A stretch of 64,000 nucleotides of DNA from an uncultured Sulfuricurvum sp. Lineage in GTDB: Bacteria > Campylobacterota > Campylobacteria > Campylobacterales > Sulfurimonadaceae. The position numbers and the translations under genes are program-made. The stretch is from assembly GCA_964491035.1 (NCBI GenBank), contig CAZBIR010000003.1, forward strand, positions 1,940 to 65,939. Direction: 5' to 3'. Shown piece by piece: positions 27,642 through 38,772 of this stretch. Every line of letters begins with the position of its first letter. The stretch's first letter is position 1. The notes beneath the pieces are model-generated. The model saw nothing but the letters and a program-made list of their open reading frames with translations. It was not told where the DNA came from and did no database searches.

Positions 27642-29660
27642 ATGGGGATTGAACCATACGCAGCCCTTTATCTGGAAAAGCGTGAGGGAGGGTACGCGGT
27701 GGGCGTGGCCATGATGGAGCCGATGCGCGGGTGGCTGTGTGAAATCCCCGATGAACCGGCCCACCCCTATGCCGCGATAGACCGTGCCCTTCATCTGCTG
27801 TTTGTGATCGGGTGCCATCAGGTGATCATCGGTTCGGTGCTGCACGGGGTTTTTGAGGAGGTGGAGAGCAATTTCGCGGCGATGGCGTACCGACACGAAA
27901 CCTGCCGTTTTGACGAACCGACGCAGAATGCGCTGTTTGAAAAGACGTTTGCACTGGTTTCGCTTCTGCGCCCCACCGAACACCTGAGTCTCGAAGAACG
28001 TCCCCTGAGCGCGCAGGCGCTGGCACTGCTGTGCCGTGAGTTACAGGAGGTGGAAGGAGTTGCGTTCGCTCCGCCGCATATTCTTCCGACAGAGCGGTTC
28101 GTCGAGCTGGGGAACAACGCCCTGGAACAGCTGGAAGTGAGTTCTATCGATCCGCTACGTTCTTCGATTTCGAGGTTGATGCTGAACATGTCCACCCCGA
28201 TGGGAAAACGGCTGGGGCGGTTTCGTCTTTTTCTGCCGGTTCAGGACGCCGCCGAGCTCAACCGCCGCTACGACTGCGTTAGCGCCGTCGCTCCCCATGC
28301 ACCTTTTCTGCGGACGCTCCTCGATACGATCGGGGATATGGAACTGCGATGGTGGGAGTGCCAAAACGGCCGGATTACCGAGGAAGGGATTGCCGAACTT
28401 GCCGCTTTTTCCGGGCGTGCCCATGAAGCAGCGACCTATCTGCAACGGCACCGGGTTGTCCCTCTATTGCCCCCGTTCGAGCCCGAAGAGAAGAGGGGTA
28501 AGGAGATTCTCCGCCGCTGCCGAAACCGCGAATGGATCCGGGAAGAGACGCCGGGGATGCGCGAGCTGATCGACTGGATCGCACGGGTCGACGTCGCCGT
28601 AGGATCGGCCCTCAGCGCCCAGCGCTATGCCCTCAGCCGCCCAACGATCATTGAGGGGGCGCAGGCCGGGTTCTTGCAGCTGATGGGGGTTCGGCACCTG
28701 CTGATTGAGGAACAGGGGATCGCGTACGTTCCCAACGACATTGTGATGGGAACGCGCGAATACCTGGACCTTCCTTATCCTTCGACGGTGATGCTCGATC
28801 CGCGGGTGCATGATGGAGCGGATATCCGCGGCGTTTTGCTTTACGGTATCAATTCGAGCGGTAAATCGTCTCTGATGAAAAGCATCGGGATCGCCGCCGT
28901 TCTCGCGCAGTCGGGGTTTTTCGTACCGGCCAAATCGATGAAGTTTTCCCTCTTTGACGGGGTTTACGCCCGTATCCTCTCCCGTGACAACGTCGCAAAA
29001 TCACTCTCGACGTTCGGGGTCGAGATGCTTGAACTCAACACGATCTTCCGCCGTGCCACCTCCCGTTCCCTCGTGCTGGGGGACGAGATCAGCCACGGAA
29101 CCGAAACCCTCTCGGCGGTGGCGATCGTCGCATCGACGATCATCGAGCTTTCCCGCAAGGGGGTCATGTTTTTAATGACAACCCACCTTCACCAGCTTTC
29201 GATGATTCGCGAACTCAGCCGTATCCGTGAGGTGGTGAGCCTCCATCTTGGGGTCCGTTACGACGAAATAAGGGATCGGCTGGTATACGACCGCCTTCTC
29301 AAACCGGGGCAGGGGAGCAGCGTGTATGGACTGGAATTTGCCGAATCGCTCCATATGGACCGCCGTTTTCTCGACAACGCCAGACGGTTGCGCGAAACGC
29401 TGGCCAAAGAGTACGATGTCCTCGAACTGGCGCATCAAAAAGAGTATCTTAAGCGTTACCGCGAGGTGAGTGCCTGCGAGTGCGTCATCTGCGGCGCGCT
29501 CATCAAAAATCCGTTGAAAGTACCCGCGGGAAGGGAACATCCCAGCCTGATCCCGCTGTGTGACAAAGACCGCAGGGCGATCGCTGAAGGCAAAATCAAA
29601 CCGAGAGGGCTTATAATGACGCCGCAAGGTTTGCGTCTGGAATACGAGACGCAGTTATAA
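27642..29660 (+). CDS. MutS-family ATPase (MutS7-like; truncated N-terminus, degenerate HNH-like tail)
   Basis: TPMGKR, RHLLIE, YVPND, GINSSGKS, AQSGFFVPA, STFGVEM, LGDEISHGT, TTHLH, YGLEFA; C-terminal CVIC...LIPLC. Confidence 0.85.
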   Translation: MGIEPYAALYLEKREGGYAVGVAMMEPMRGWLCEIPDEPAHPYAAIDRALHLLFVIGCHQVIIGSVLHGVFEEVESNFAAMAYRHETCRFDEPTQNALFEKTFALVSLLRPTEHLSLEERPLSAQALALLCRELQEVEGVAFAPPHILPTERFVELGNNALEQLEVSSIDPLRSSISRLMLNMSTPMGKRLGRFRLFLPVQDAAELNRRYDCVSAVAPHAPFLRTLLDTIGDMELRWWECQNGRITEEGIAELAAFSGRAHEAATYLQRHRVVPLLPPFEPEEKRGKEILRRCRNREWIREETPGMRELIDWIARVDVAVGSALSAQRYALSRPTIIEGAQAGFLQLMGVRHLLIEEQGIAYVPNDIVMGTREYLDLPYPSTVMLDPRVHDGADIRGVLLYGINSSGKSSLMKSIGIAAVLAQSGFFVPAKSMKFSLFDGVYARILSRDNVAKSLSTFGVEMLELNTIFRRATSRSLVLGDEISHGTETLSAVAIVASTIIELSRKGVMFLMTTHLHQLSMIRELSRIREVVSLHLGVRYDEIRDRLVYDRLLKPGQGSSVYGLEFAESLHMDRRFLDNARRLRETLAKEYDVLELAHQKEYLKRYREVSACECVICGALIKNPLKVPAGREHPSLIPLCDKDRRAIAEGKIKPRGLIMTPQGLRLEYETQL

Positions 29661-29663
29661 GGA

Positions 29664-30773
29664 TTGGGATTGGACGTTATCAAACTTTTTAAAAAGCTGC
29701 TCGAACATCGCAGCGTCACCCCCGAAGATGGGGGGATTTTCGATTTTCTGGAGGGGTATCTCGACGATTTTACCTTTGTCCGGGTCGATCATGACGAGGT
29801 CAAAAACCTGTTCGCCTACCGCCGTTTCGGCGAGGGGCCTCACCTGTGTTTTGCCGGGCACGTTGATGTCGTTCCCCCCGGGGAAGGTTGGGAGAGTGAT
29901 CCGTTCATTGCCACCGAAAAAGAGGGATACATCTACGGCCGCGGCGCTCAGGATATGAAAAGCGGGGTTGCGGCGTTCGTCCAGGCGCTCAAGGAGGCAC
30001 CCCCTTTCAACGGGACACTCTCGCTGCTGCTTACGTCCGATGAAGAGGGGCCGGCCAAACACGGCACCCTCGAAGTGCTCAAATACCTCAAAGAACGCAA
30101 CATGCTTCCCGACGCGGCGATCGTCGCCGAACCTACCTGCGAGGAGGTTTTCGGGGATGCCATCAAGGTGGGACGACGCGGATCGATCAATGGTGTCATT
30201 GAAAAACACGGCAAACAGGGGCATGCCGCCTATCCCGAGAAAGCGACCAACCCGATCCACAAAGTTGCGCAGGTGCTCCCCCACATGGCGGGGATCGATC
30301 TGGATGAGGGGGATGCGTATTTTTCTCCCAGCAAATTCGTTGTCACCGATATTCGTGCCGGGATGGAGGTGACCAACGTTACCCCCGGCAAACTCAAGCT
30401 GATGTTCAACGTCCGTAATTCGACCAAAACGACGATCGAAGACGTCGAAAACTTCGTCCACCGCTATTTCAAAGAGATGAACTACACCCTCAGGCTCGAC
30501 CAGTCGGCAAAGCCGTTTGTCACCGATGCCAACACTCCCATCGTCCGGACACTGGACTGCTCGATCGAAAAAATCACGGGGATCCGCCCCAAACACTCGA
30601 CGGCAGGGGGGACCTCCGATGCCCGCTATATCGCCGAATACGGGATTGACGTCATCGAATTCGGGGTCAGGAATGACACGATCCACGCCCCGAACGAGCG
30701 GACCTCAATCGAAGAGGTTACGAAACTCTTTGAGGTTTTCGCCGATGTCATCGGGACGTTCGACGGACGTTAG
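29664..30773 (+). CDS. dapE: Succinyl-diaminopimelate desuccinylase
   Basis: SVTPEDGG, FAGHVDVVP, GRGAQDMK, TSDEEG, GRRGS, GGTSDAR, TIHAPNE. Confidence 0.95.
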   Translation: MGLDVIKLFKKLLEHRSVTPEDGGIFDFLEGYLDDFTFVRVDHDEVKNLFAYRRFGEGPHLCFAGHVDVVPPGEGWESDPFIATEKEGYIYGRGAQDMKSGVAAFVQALKEAPPFNGTLSLLLTSDEEGPAKHGTLEVLKYLKERNMLPDAAIVAEPTCEEVFGDAIKVGRRGSINGVIEKHGKQGHAAYPEKATNPIHKVAQVLPHMAGIDLDEGDAYFSPSKFVVTDIRAGMEVTNVTPGKLKLMFNVRNSTKTTIEDVENFVHRYFKEMNYTLRLDQSAKPFVTDANTPIVRTLDCSIEKITGIRPKHSTAGGTSDARYIAEYGIDVIEFGVRNDTIHAPNERTSIEEVTKLFEVFADVIGTFDGR

Positions 30774-31783
30774 AGCGGATTTTCCATCACCCGCCGCTCA
30801 TCTTCCAGAATGTAGGCAAGAAGCTCCCGGGCAAAGGGGGAATAGCATACGAGATGGTGCTCATCCACGTGCGGCGTATTTTTGAACTGTAGCCGGAGAT
30901 AGTCCTCTTCGCCGTAGAGGGCGAACATCACCCCGGCATAAAAAAAACGGCGTTCATTTAAAAAACCGATTAACGCGTCGATCGCTTCGATACGGTGCAG
31001 GTTGATATCCGCATAGATCATGTCGCATCGGCGCACTCGTAAATCCTCCATCGCCTTTTCAAATAAGGGTTCGTCCGGAACCCCTTCGAAGACCAGGTAC
31101 CCGATCTGCAAAAATGGATTGTACCGTGGAAGGAGCGTTTCATCATGCTCGGGCAAAGCAGGAGCAATGGGGAGAAGACTGATTCCGGCGTGACGGTAGG
31201 TTTCGGTGATGATACCGGTATAACGCTCCGGGAGTCGCAGGGCACGCGGGGTTTTGTCAAACAGCAAAAAAGCCTCAAGCCCCCCGCTGCGCATCGGGTC
31301 TTTATAGCGGTGTTCGATCTCGATGGACGCAGGGACTTCGCCCAGCAGCAGGGCACTTTCAGTCATGCCGTGGCGGAGATTGGCCCGTTGGCTGAAAGGG
31401 TGAAGCATGATTGCTTCGCCGTAGAGGGCCGCGAGGTTACGCTCTTGGGCGATCGAAACGAGAAGGTCGAACATCCGGTTCATGATTCCCAGCTGCTTGA
31501 ACGCGGGATCGACGACCGCTGCTCCGATCTCTCCGACCGCCGAAACGTCCGAGGGGAAGAGGGCAAAATGGCCGATGACGGTTTCGAAGTAGAGGGCCAC
31601 GACCGAGATGATGGTGGCCGCGTCGTTGGCGTTTCGAATCGCTTCAGGATCATAAAACGGAGTTTTGTGGTAGGTTTCGCCGTAGTTGCGGCGGATCAGG
31701 GCGGTGATCCCCTCTGCGTCGAGGGGAATGAACCTCCGTACCGCAATGTCGGGCACACCGGCATGAATCGGGGTTTCCATCAC
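30770..31783 (-). CDS. GNAT-family protein with additional C-terminal domain
   Basis: N-terminal GNAT (EIGAAVVDPAFKQLGIM, HPFSQRA); start overlaps the amidohydrolase stop. Confidence 0.7.
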   Translation of the reverse strand: MMETPIHAGVPDIAVRRFIPLDAEGITALIRRNYGETYHKTPFYDPEAIRNANDAATIISVVALYFETVIGHFALFPSDVSAVGEIGAAVVDPAFKQLGIMNRMFDLLVSIAQERNLAALYGEAIMLHPFSQRANLRHGMTESALLLGEVPASIEIEHRYKDPMRSGGLEAFLLFDKTPRALRLPERYTGIITETYRHAGISLLPIAPALPEHDETLLPRYNPFLQIGYLVFEGVPDEPLFEKAMEDLRVRRCDMIYADINLHRIEAIDALIGFLNERRFFYAGVMFALYGEEDYLRLQFKNTPHVDEHHLVCYSPFARELLAYILEDERRVMENPL

Positions 31784-32964
31784 GGCATCGCTTTGAGTGC
31801 CGACGCCGCGAGGATTTTCATCCCGATCACGAGGGCGTCGTCGTCGACGTTGAACCGGCTGTTGTGCTGGGCGACGCAGGTCCCTTTGGCCTCGTTGCAG
31901 GTTCCGAGGCGGAAAAATGCCCCTGGCACTTTTTCGAGGTAGCGGCTGAAATCTTCTCCCCCCATGACCGGATCGACGAGATCGACGCAGTTCTCTTTTC
32001 CCACGATGGCCGCCGCCTCCGTTACCACGAGGGTCACCATCGCGTCGTCGTTGAGCAGTTCGGGGATCCCGAAATCGTAGCTAAAGCGGTAATCGGCGTG
32101 CATCGACTGGCAGATACCGCGGATTGAAACCTCCATCATCTCGGGGATCCGGCGCCGGACGTCGTGGTTGACCGTCCGCACCGTCCCGGCAAGGCGGACG
32201 TGATCGCAGATGATGTTGGGTGCCCGCCCCCCTTCGATCGTCCCCAGCGAGATGACGGCGGGGTGGAGAGGATCGATCCGGCGCGAGACGATGTGGTTGA
32301 GCGAATTGACCGCCATCGCCGTTACGAGAATCGCGTCAACCCCTTCGTGCGGGCGGGCCGCGTGGGAGCTTCGGCCGAAAATTTCGATCTCGAACGTATC
32401 GGCCGAAGCGAGCATTACCCCCCTTTTGTATCCGATCTGCCCCGTTTTGAGATAGGGGTAGGCGTGCAGGCCGAAAACGGCGCAGACGTTGTCGAGGCAT
32501 CCGGCTTCGATCATCTGGGAACTTCCCCCCTCCAGGATTTCCTCGGCGGGCTGGAAGATAAAACGGACATTCCCCCCCAACCGTTCCCGGACCCGGCTGA
32601 ATGCCAGGGCACATCCCAGTACGATGGCGGTGTGGGCATCGTGTCCGCACGCGTGCATGACCCCCTCTTCACGGGACGCGTAAGGCAGATCGTTGCGCTC
32701 TTCGATCGGGAGGGCATCCATGTCGGCCCGCAGTGCAACGTAGGGTTTCTCAGGATCGGTCGTGATCTGCGCGATGAGACCGAAATGTTCCTCGAACTCA
32801 CGGACGTCGATCCCCTCGGCTTCGAGAATCCCTTTGAGGAAATATTTGGTTCGCTCCTCTTTCCCCGAAAGTTCGGGGTGGGCATGCAGATCACGGCGCA
32901 TCGTGACGATACGCGTCTCGATTTCTCCGATGGCATCAAACAGGAGGGTATGTAGCGCTTTCAT
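31780..32964 (-). CDS. M20D-family amidohydrolase
   Basis: RRDLHAHPELS, LRADMDALP, MHACGHDAH, FQPAEE, MGGEDFS. Confidence 0.92.
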   Translation of the reverse strand: MKALHTLLFDAIGEIETRIVTMRRDLHAHPELSGKEERTKYFLKGILEAEGIDVREFEEHFGLIAQITTDPEKPYVALRADMDALPIEERNDLPYASREEGVMHACGHDAHTAIVLGCALAFSRVRERLGGNVRFIFQPAEEILEGGSSQMIEAGCLDNVCAVFGLHAYPYLKTGQIGYKRGVMLASADTFEIEIFGRSSHAARPHEGVDAILVTAMAVNSLNHIVSRRIDPLHPAVISLGTIEGGRAPNIICDHVRLAGTVRTVNHDVRRRIPEMMEVSIRGICQSMHADYRFSYDFGIPELLNDDAMVTLVVTEAAAIVGKENCVDLVDPVMGGEDFSRYLEKVPGAFFRLGTCNEAKGTCVAQHNSRFNVDDDALVIGMKILAASALKAMP

Positions 32965-32971
32965 GTCATCG

Positions 32972-32997
32972 AGTATAACACAGATTTTTGCTACAAT
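32972..32997. promoter_or_regulatory. Divergent extended -10 elements (TGTTATACT minus, 32972-32980; TGCTACAAT plus, 32989-32997)
   Basis: Both fit TGn-TAnnnT within the 63-bp intergenic gap. Confidence 0.55.
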
Positions 32998-33027
32998 GAC
33001 GTTTATAAAACCCGAAAGGACAGCGCC

Positions 33028-33423
33028 ATGAAAAAAATTGCCCTATGGCTGATGGTACCCCTGTGGCTCATGGGTGCGGACATCAAATGGAGCGACAGTT
33101 TTGCCGAAGCGCAGGCCAAAGCGAAAAAAGAGTCCAAACCGATGCTGGTCATCATCACGACCGAACAGTGCCGCTGGTGCCGTAAGCTTGAGTCGACGAC
33201 CCTCGAAGACGAAGCAATCATCAACCAGATCAATTCGAAATTCGCCGCCGTCCACGTCACCCGGGACAAAAGTGTTTATCCCAAAAACCTGACGGCGACA
33301 ATGGTTCCGATGAGCTATTTCCTCGATCCGAACGGAAAGGTGCTCCATTCGATGCCGGGGTATTGGCCGATCGAGGATTATCGCTCGATCCTGGATGATG
33401 CTCTCAGAAAATACAAAAAATAA
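33028..33423 (+). CDS. Periplasmic thioredoxin-fold protein (SoxW-like)
   Basis: Signal peptide, CRWC active site, VP cis-Pro loop, FLDPNGK. Confidence 0.82.
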   Translation: MKKIALWLMVPLWLMGADIKWSDSFAEAQAKAKKESKPMLVIITTEQCRWCRKLESTTLEDEAIINQINSKFAAVHVTRDKSVYPKNLTATMVPMSYFLDPNGKVLHSMPGYWPIEDYRSILDDALRKYKK

Positions 33424-33433
33424 AAGGAAAACG

Positions 33434-33805
33434 ATGCAAATTGTGCAAACTCCCAACGCTCCGGCGGCCATTGGCCCCTATTCGCAGGCGATGATCGCCA
33501 ACGGTATGGTATTCACCTCCGGCCAGATCGCCCTTAAGCCCAGCGGCGAAATGGTCGAGGGGGACGTCAAAACACAATGCGCACAGGTTCTCGCCAATCT
33601 CACCGCGGTGCTCGACGCGGCGGGTAGCTCGCTGAACAAAGTGGTCAAAACGACGATTTTTCTCGATAATATGGACGATTTCGCAGCGGTCAACGAACTG
33701 TACGCCGCGGCTTTCGGCGACCATAAACCGGCCCGCTCGACCGTAGCGGTCAAAACGCTACCGAAAAATGCGCTTGTCGAGATAGATGCGATCGCTTTAA
33801 TCTAA
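33434..33805 (+). CDS. RidA-family enamine/imine deaminase
   Basis: [42 protein letters not shown] 33434 with AAGGA RBS. Confidence 0.93.
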   Translation: MQIVQTPNAPAAIGPYSQAMIANGMVFTSGQIALKPSGEMVEGDVKTQCAQVLANLTAVLDAAGSSLNKVVKTTIFLDNMDDFAAVNELYAAAFGDHKPARSTVAVKTLPKNALVEIDAIALI

Positions 33806-33867
33806 GCTTAAATAAAGTTCGGCTATAATTCGCCACTTTTTGTAGACTTGTAAAGTAAGGAACAGTA

Positions 33868-34176
33868 ATGTACGCAATTATCAAAAACGGCGGAAAACAG
33901 TACAAAGTTCAAGAGGGTGATATCCTTTTGTTCGACAAAATGGGTCTTGAACCTAAAGCCACCGTCGAAATCACAGAAGTTCTTGCCGTCAACAACGGCG
34001 AACTCAAAACCGGTACTCCATTTGTCGCGGGTGCTGTCGTCACTGCAGAAGTTATCAATGAAGGTCGTGACCGCAAAGTCGTGATCTACAAAAAACGCCG
34101 CCGTAAAGACAGCAAGCTTAAACGTGGTTTCCGTAGAGACCACACGCGCGTTCGTATTACGAAAATCGCCGCGTAA
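33868..34176 (+). CDS. rplU: 50S ribosomal protein L21
   Basis: [14 protein letters not shown]...[16 protein letters not shown]. Confidence 0.98.
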   Translation: MYAIIKNGGKQYKVQEGDILLFDKMGLEPKATVEITEVLAVNNGELKTGTPFVAGAVVTAEVINEGRDRKVVIYKKRRRKDSKLKRGFRRDHTRVRITKIAA

Positions 34177-34216
34177 ATTCTATTAACTTTAGAACCTAAA
34201 TTAAGAGGAGAATACA

Positions 34217-34474
34217 ATGGCTCACAAGAAAGGGATGGGGAGTACCCAGAATAACCGCGATTCAGCGGGACGTAGACTTGGTGTCAAAAAATACGGCGGA
34301 GAGTTCGTCAGAGCGGGTAACATCATCATCCGCCAGCGCGGTACAAAAGTTCACCCCGGAAAAAACATCGGTATGGGTAAAGACCACACTCTGTATGCGT
34401 TGGTAGACGGTGTCGTTGCGTTCGAGCGCAAAGACAAGAAACGCAAACAAGTCTCAATTATCCCTGCTGCATAA
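34217..34474 (+). CDS. rpmA: 50S ribosomal protein L27
   Basis: [24 protein letters not shown]. Confidence 0.98.
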   Translation: MAHKKGMGSTQNNRDSAGRRLGVKKYGGEFVRAGNIIIRQRGTKVHPGKNIGMGKDHTLYALVDGVVAFERKDKKRKQVSIIPAA

Positions 34475-34487
34475 ATTTCTTTAAAAC

Positions 34488-34516
34488 GCCGGACTGTCGT
34501 CCGGCCTCTTTTTTTT
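34488..34516 (+). terminator. Rho-independent terminator after rpmA
   Basis: GCCGGAC-tgtc-GTCCGGC stem followed by CTCTTTTTTTT. Confidence 0.8.
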
Positions 34517-34597
34517 CCATAAACCCTAATAAATTTACTGTCTTAACGGTTTGCTTTCATCGCTAAAGTACAGCATTAAGCCAGATAAGGAACCTCC

Positions 34598-35692
34598 ATG
34601 TTCAGTGATAGTGTAGAACTCACCGTTTCATCCGGAAAAGGGGGCGCAGGATGCGTCGCTTTCCGCCGTGAAAAATTTGTCATCCAGGGCGGACCCAACG
34701 GCGGAGACGGCGGACGCGGAGGGGATGTCTATTTCAAAGTGGACAATAACACCCACACGCTCGCCCACTTCCAGGGGAACAAAAACCTAAAAGCCGAAAA
34801 AGGGCAGCCGGGGATGGGGTCGAACATGGCCGGAAAATCGGGCAAGCGGCTCGTTATCGTCGTCCCACCCGGTACGCAGGTGGTGGATGTCGAGACGGGA
34901 GAGGTGTTGCTCGATCTTCTCGAAGATGGCAAAGAGGTGCTCTTTTTGGAAGGGGGAAGAGGGGGACTGGGCAACGTCCATTTCAAATCTTCGACCAACC
35001 AGCGCCCCATGTACGCACAGCCCGGAGAACCGGGGGTGACCCGGGTCGTCAAACTCGATCTCAAACTGATCGCGGACGTCGGACTCGTCGGCTTTCCGAA
35101 CGTCGGGAAATCGACCCTCATTTCGACGGTGTCGAATGCCCGTCCCGAAGTGGCCAACTACGAGTTCACGACCCTGACCCCCAAACTGGGACAGATCAAC
35201 ATCGGCGAATACGATTCGTACATCATGGCCGATATACCCGGAATCATCGGGGGAGCATCGGAAGGAAAAGGGCTCGGACTCAAATTCCTCCGCCATATCG
35301 AGCGGACGAAAACCCTTTTGTTCATGATCGATCTGGCCTCCTATCTTGAAATGGAGTACCAGTACCAGACCCTCAAAGCGGAGTTGGAAAAATTCTCTCC
35401 CCTTCTCTCCGAGCGCAATTATGCGATCGCCCTGACCCGTGCCGATGCGATGAGCCCCGAAGAAGCGGTGCAGAAGACATCCGAATTCCTGGAAATGCTG
35501 GGAGTGGAGCGCGTCGTGAAAAGCCGTTTCGGATTTGATGAACATTACCCCGTCTACGAGCAGGAACATTTTGAAAAAGAGTTTTACGATCCGGCGAAAC
35601 CGGCTTTCGTCGCACCGATCTCTTCGGCGATTCATTTGAACATCAAACCCCTTACCTACGCCCTTTACCATCTGATCGTTACGGAGCGCTGA
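34598..35692 (+). CDS. obgE: GTPase ObgE
   Basis: Gly-rich Obg fold, [19 protein letters not shown]. Confidence 0.97.
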   Translation: MFSDSVELTVSSGKGGAGCVAFRREKFVIQGGPNGGDGGRGGDVYFKVDNNTHTLAHFQGNKNLKAEKGQPGMGSNMAGKSGKRLVIVVPPGTQVVDVETGEVLLDLLEDGKEVLFLEGGRGGLGNVHFKSSTNQRPMYAQPGEPGVTRVVKLDLKLIADVGLVGFPNVGKSTLISTVSNARPEVANYEFTTLTPKLGQINIGEYDSYIMADIPGIIGGASEGKGLGLKFLRHIERTKTLLFMIDLASYLEMEYQYQTLKAELEKFSPLLSERNYAIALTRADAMSPEEAVQKTSEFLEMLGVERVVKSRFGFDEHYPVYEQEHFEKEFYDPAKPAFVAPISSAIHLNIKPLTYALYHLIVTER

Positions 35693-36459
35693 TGAAACGG
35701 ATCGTCGTCAAAGTCGGCAGTGCGGTTTTGAGCGAACAAAACCGCCTGGCAAAAGAGCGGATGCAAAATCTCGTGGATTTGATCGCCGAGCTCAAGAATC
35801 GGTACGAAGTGATTCTTGTCTCTTCGGGAGCCGTAGCGGCCGGTTATACCGAACTCAAACTGGATAAAAAAATTCTGGCCAACAAACAGGCCCTCGCCTC
35901 AATCGGGCAGCCGATCCTGATGAACAAATACCGCAAACTTTTTGATCAGCACGGGATCATCCCCTCCCAGATCCTTGTCACCGCCGCCAATTTCAATACG
36001 CTCGGCGAGTCTCAGAAAGCCAAAGACACGATCGAAACCCTGCTCAAACACAACGCTGTCCCCATTATCAACGAGAATGACGCCACGGCGACCGAAGAGC
36101 TGGTGCTCGGCGATAACGATCAGCTCTCGGCCTATGCGGCATATCACTTCGGGGCCGACCTGCTCGTCATTCTCTCCGACATCGACGCCTATTACGACAA
36201 AGACCCCCGTACTTACACCGATGCCCGTGTCCGATCGCGCGTGGAAACGATCTCGGGCGAAGAACTTGCGATGGAGGTGAACCCCAACCACAGTTTCGCG
36301 ACCGGGGGAATCGTTACGAAACTCAAAGCGGCCGATTTTCTGCTCAAGCGGGGGGGCGCGATGTTCCTGGCCAGCGGATTCGACCTGAGCGATATCCGGA
36401 GCTTTCTGATCGAAGGTACCCAGCGGGGCGGTACCCTTTTTAAAGGAAAAGAGGGATGA
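35692..36459 (+). CDS. proB: Glutamate 5-kinase (no PUA domain)
   Basis: [39 protein letters not shown]. Confidence 0.95.
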   Translation: MKRIVVKVGSAVLSEQNRLAKERMQNLVDLIAELKNRYEVILVSSGAVAAGYTELKLDKKILANKQALASIGQPILMNKYRKLFDQHGIIPSQILVTAANFNTLGESQKAKDTIETLLKHNAVPIINENDATATEELVLGDNDQLSAYAAYHFGADLLVILSDIDAYYDKDPRTYTDARVRSRVETISGEELAMEVNPNHSFATGGIVTKLKAADFLLKRGGAMFLASGFDLSDIRSFLIEGTQRGGTLFKGKEG

Positions 36460-37367
36460 AACGCGTCATTTTTATGGGGACACCCGATTATGCGGCTGAA
36501 ATCCTGGAAGCGCTGATCGCCGCCGATGACGTCGATGTCGTGGCGGTGTACACCCAGCCTGATAAACCGGTAGGGCGAAAAGCCGTTCTGACGCCGCCGA
36601 TTGTTAAAGTGGTGGCCCAGAAGGCCCATATCCCCGTTATCCAGCCGGAACGGCTGCGCGAAGAGGGGATCGTCAACGACCTTTTGAACATCCCGTGCGA
36701 CATGATTATCGTGGCTGCTTACGGGCAGATTCTTCCCAAGGCGGTGCTGGAACACGCTCCGTGCGTCAACCTGCACGCTTCTATTCTTCCGCGTTACCGG
36801 GGCGCCAGTCCCATACAGCAAAGTCTGCTCAACAATGATCCTCAGACCGGGGTGAGCGCGATGTGGATGGATGAAGGGCTCGACACCGGAGCGATTATCC
36901 ACATCGAGCCCCTGGATATCGACGCGGATGAGATGGCTGACGCGCTTTACGGACGGCTCAGCGCAGCGGCAGCCCGCTTGACACTCGACGTGATCCGCAA
37001 CTGGGATGGTAAAACTGCGACGCCGCAAAAGGACACCGATGCGACCCTGTGCAAAAAAATTCGAAAATCAGACGGCCTGATCGATTTTGCCGATGCGCGG
37101 GACATCTACAACCGTTATCGCGCTTACACCCCCTGGCCGGGAATCTACCTCGAATCGGGGCTCAAGATCAAGACCATGAAACTCGTAGAAGAATCAAGCA
37201 CGGGCGCGGCCGGGACGATTATAGCCGTGGAGAAGGAGAGCGTTGTCGTGCAGTGCACCAAAGGATCGTTGCGTCTCTTTCGCGTTCAGGCTCCCTCCAA
37301 GCAGGAGAGTTCAATCATCGATTATCTTAACGGCAAACGGGTCGGGTGTGGACATACGCTGGTTTGA
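36456..37367 (+). CDS. fmt: Methionyl-tRNA formyltransferase
   Basis: [33 protein letters not shown]. Confidence 0.96.
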   Translation: MKRVIFMGTPDYAAEILEALIAADDVDVVAVYTQPDKPVGRKAVLTPPIVKVVAQKAHIPVIQPERLREEGIVNDLLNIPCDMIIVAAYGQILPKAVLEHAPCVNLHASILPRYRGASPIQQSLLNNDPQTGVSAMWMDEGLDTGAIIHIEPLDIDADEMADALYGRLSAAAARLTLDVIRNWDGKTATPQKDTDATLCKKIRKSDGLIDFADARDIYNRYRAYTPWPGIYLESGLKIKTMKLVEESSTGAAGTIIAVEKESVVVQCTKGSLRLFRVQAPSKQESSIIDYLNGKRVGCGHTLV

Positions 37368-37983
37368 CCGCCTCTCATCGACGCAAACCTATCTGATCGA
37401 TGAGCTTCGAGCGATGCGGCTACAGCCGCCGGTCTGTGTCGGCGCGACGCTTCAGACGGAGGGAAAAGGCTCAAGAGGGAACCGATGGATCGGGGAACAG
37501 GGGAACCTGTTTCTTTCGTTGGCGATCACCAGGAGCGACCTTCCCGCCGATCTGAAAATCGAATCCTCATCGATTTATGCCGCTTTTTTGATGAAAGAGC
37601 TGCTCGCCTCGCGGGGATCGGCGGTATGGCTCAAATGGCCGAACGATTTTTATCTCGGAAGGAAAAAAATGGGTGGGGTGATTACGAACCTGGTCGGAGA
37701 GAACGTCGTTTTCGGAATCGGAATCAACCTCGCTTCCTCCCCCGAGGGATACGCGAAATCGGACGTCCGGATTGCACCGGAGGACGTTGCCCGGCACTAT
37801 TGTACACTGTTTGAAAATTTGCCTTCATGGAAGCAGATTTTTAGTAAATACCAGTTAGAATTTGACAACAGCAGAACATTTTTTACCCATTATAAAGACG
37901 AAAAAGTCGCAATGAGCGAAGCGGTCTTGCAAGAAGACGGTTCATTGATGTGCGATGGCCAAAGGATATTTAGTTTACGATGA
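37348..37983 (+). CDS. birA: Biotin--[acetyl-CoA-carboxylase] ligase (no HTH)
   Basis: [31 protein letters not shown]; start set at GTG 37348. Confidence 0.9.
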   Translation: MDIRWFDRLSSTQTYLIDELRAMRLQPPVCVGATLQTEGKGSRGNRWIGEQGNLFLSLAITRSDLPADLKIESSSIYAAFLMKELLASRGSAVWLKWPNDFYLGRKKMGGVITNLVGENVVFGIGINLASSPEGYAKSDVRIAPEDVARHYCTLFENLPSWKQIFSKYQLEFDNSRTFFTHYKDEKVAMSEAVLQEDGSLMCDGQRIFSLR

Positions 37984-38762
37984 GCGAAGTAATAGTCATT
38001 GCCAACCAAAAGGGTGGAGTGGGAAAAACCACGACAGCCGTCAACCTGGCTGCATCCCTGGCGGTTGCCGAAAAAAAAGTTCTTTTGATTGATGCCGACC
38101 CGCAGGCTAACGCGACGACGTCACTCGGCTACCATCGGAATAACTACGAATTCAACATCTATCATGTATTGATTGGTACGAAAAAACTTCGCGAAATCAT
38201 CCTGAAAACGAGCCTTCCAAAACTTTTCCTGGCCCCTTCCAACATCGGTCTCGTCGGAGTGGAAAAAGAGTATTACGACGCCGGTAATGCCAAGGGGCGC
38301 GAACTGATTCTCAAGCGGGCGATCGCACAGGTACGCGAGGATTACGATTACATCATCATTGATTCGCCGCCGGCGCTTGGGCCCATGACGATCAATGCCC
38401 TTTCGGCCTCAAATTCGGTAATCATCCCTATCCAGTGTGAATTTTTCGCCCTCGAAGGGCTCGCACAGCTTCTGAACACGGTGAAGCTGGTGCGTAAAAC
38501 CATCAACCCGAAACTGACGATCAAAGGATTTTTGCCGACGATGTACAGTGCGCAGAACAATCTCTCACGTCAGGTTTTTGCCGACCTGAGACAGCATTTT
38601 CAGGCCAAACTGTTCAAGTCGATGACAGATGATTTTATTGTGATCCCGCGAAACGTCAAGCTCGCCGAATCCCCGAGTTTCGGGAAACCGGCCATTTTGT
38701 ATGATGTAAAATCGAGCGGTTCGGTGGCGTACCAGGAACTGGCCCACGCCATCATCGCCTAA
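37980..38762 (+). CDS. parA: Chromosome partitioning ATPase ParA/Soj
   Basis: [40 protein letters not shown]. Confidence 0.95.
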   Translation: MSEVIVIANQKGGVGKTTTAVNLAASLAVAEKKVLLIDADPQANATTSLGYHRNNYEFNIYHVLIGTKKLREIILKTSLPKLFLAPSNIGLVGVEKEYYDAGNAKGRELILKRAIAQVREDYDYIIIDSPPALGPMTINALSASNSVIIPIQCEFFALEGLAQLLNTVKLVRKTINPKLTIKGFLPTMYSAQNNLSRQVFADLRQHFQAKLFKSMTDDFIVIPRNVKLAESPSFGKPAILYDVKSSGSVAYQELAHAIIA

Positions 38763-38772
38763 AAGGAGTAGC

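Noticed and set aside
35692..37983. Short ProB (no PUA domain) and short BirA (no HTH)
   Set aside because: Known natural short forms, not truncations
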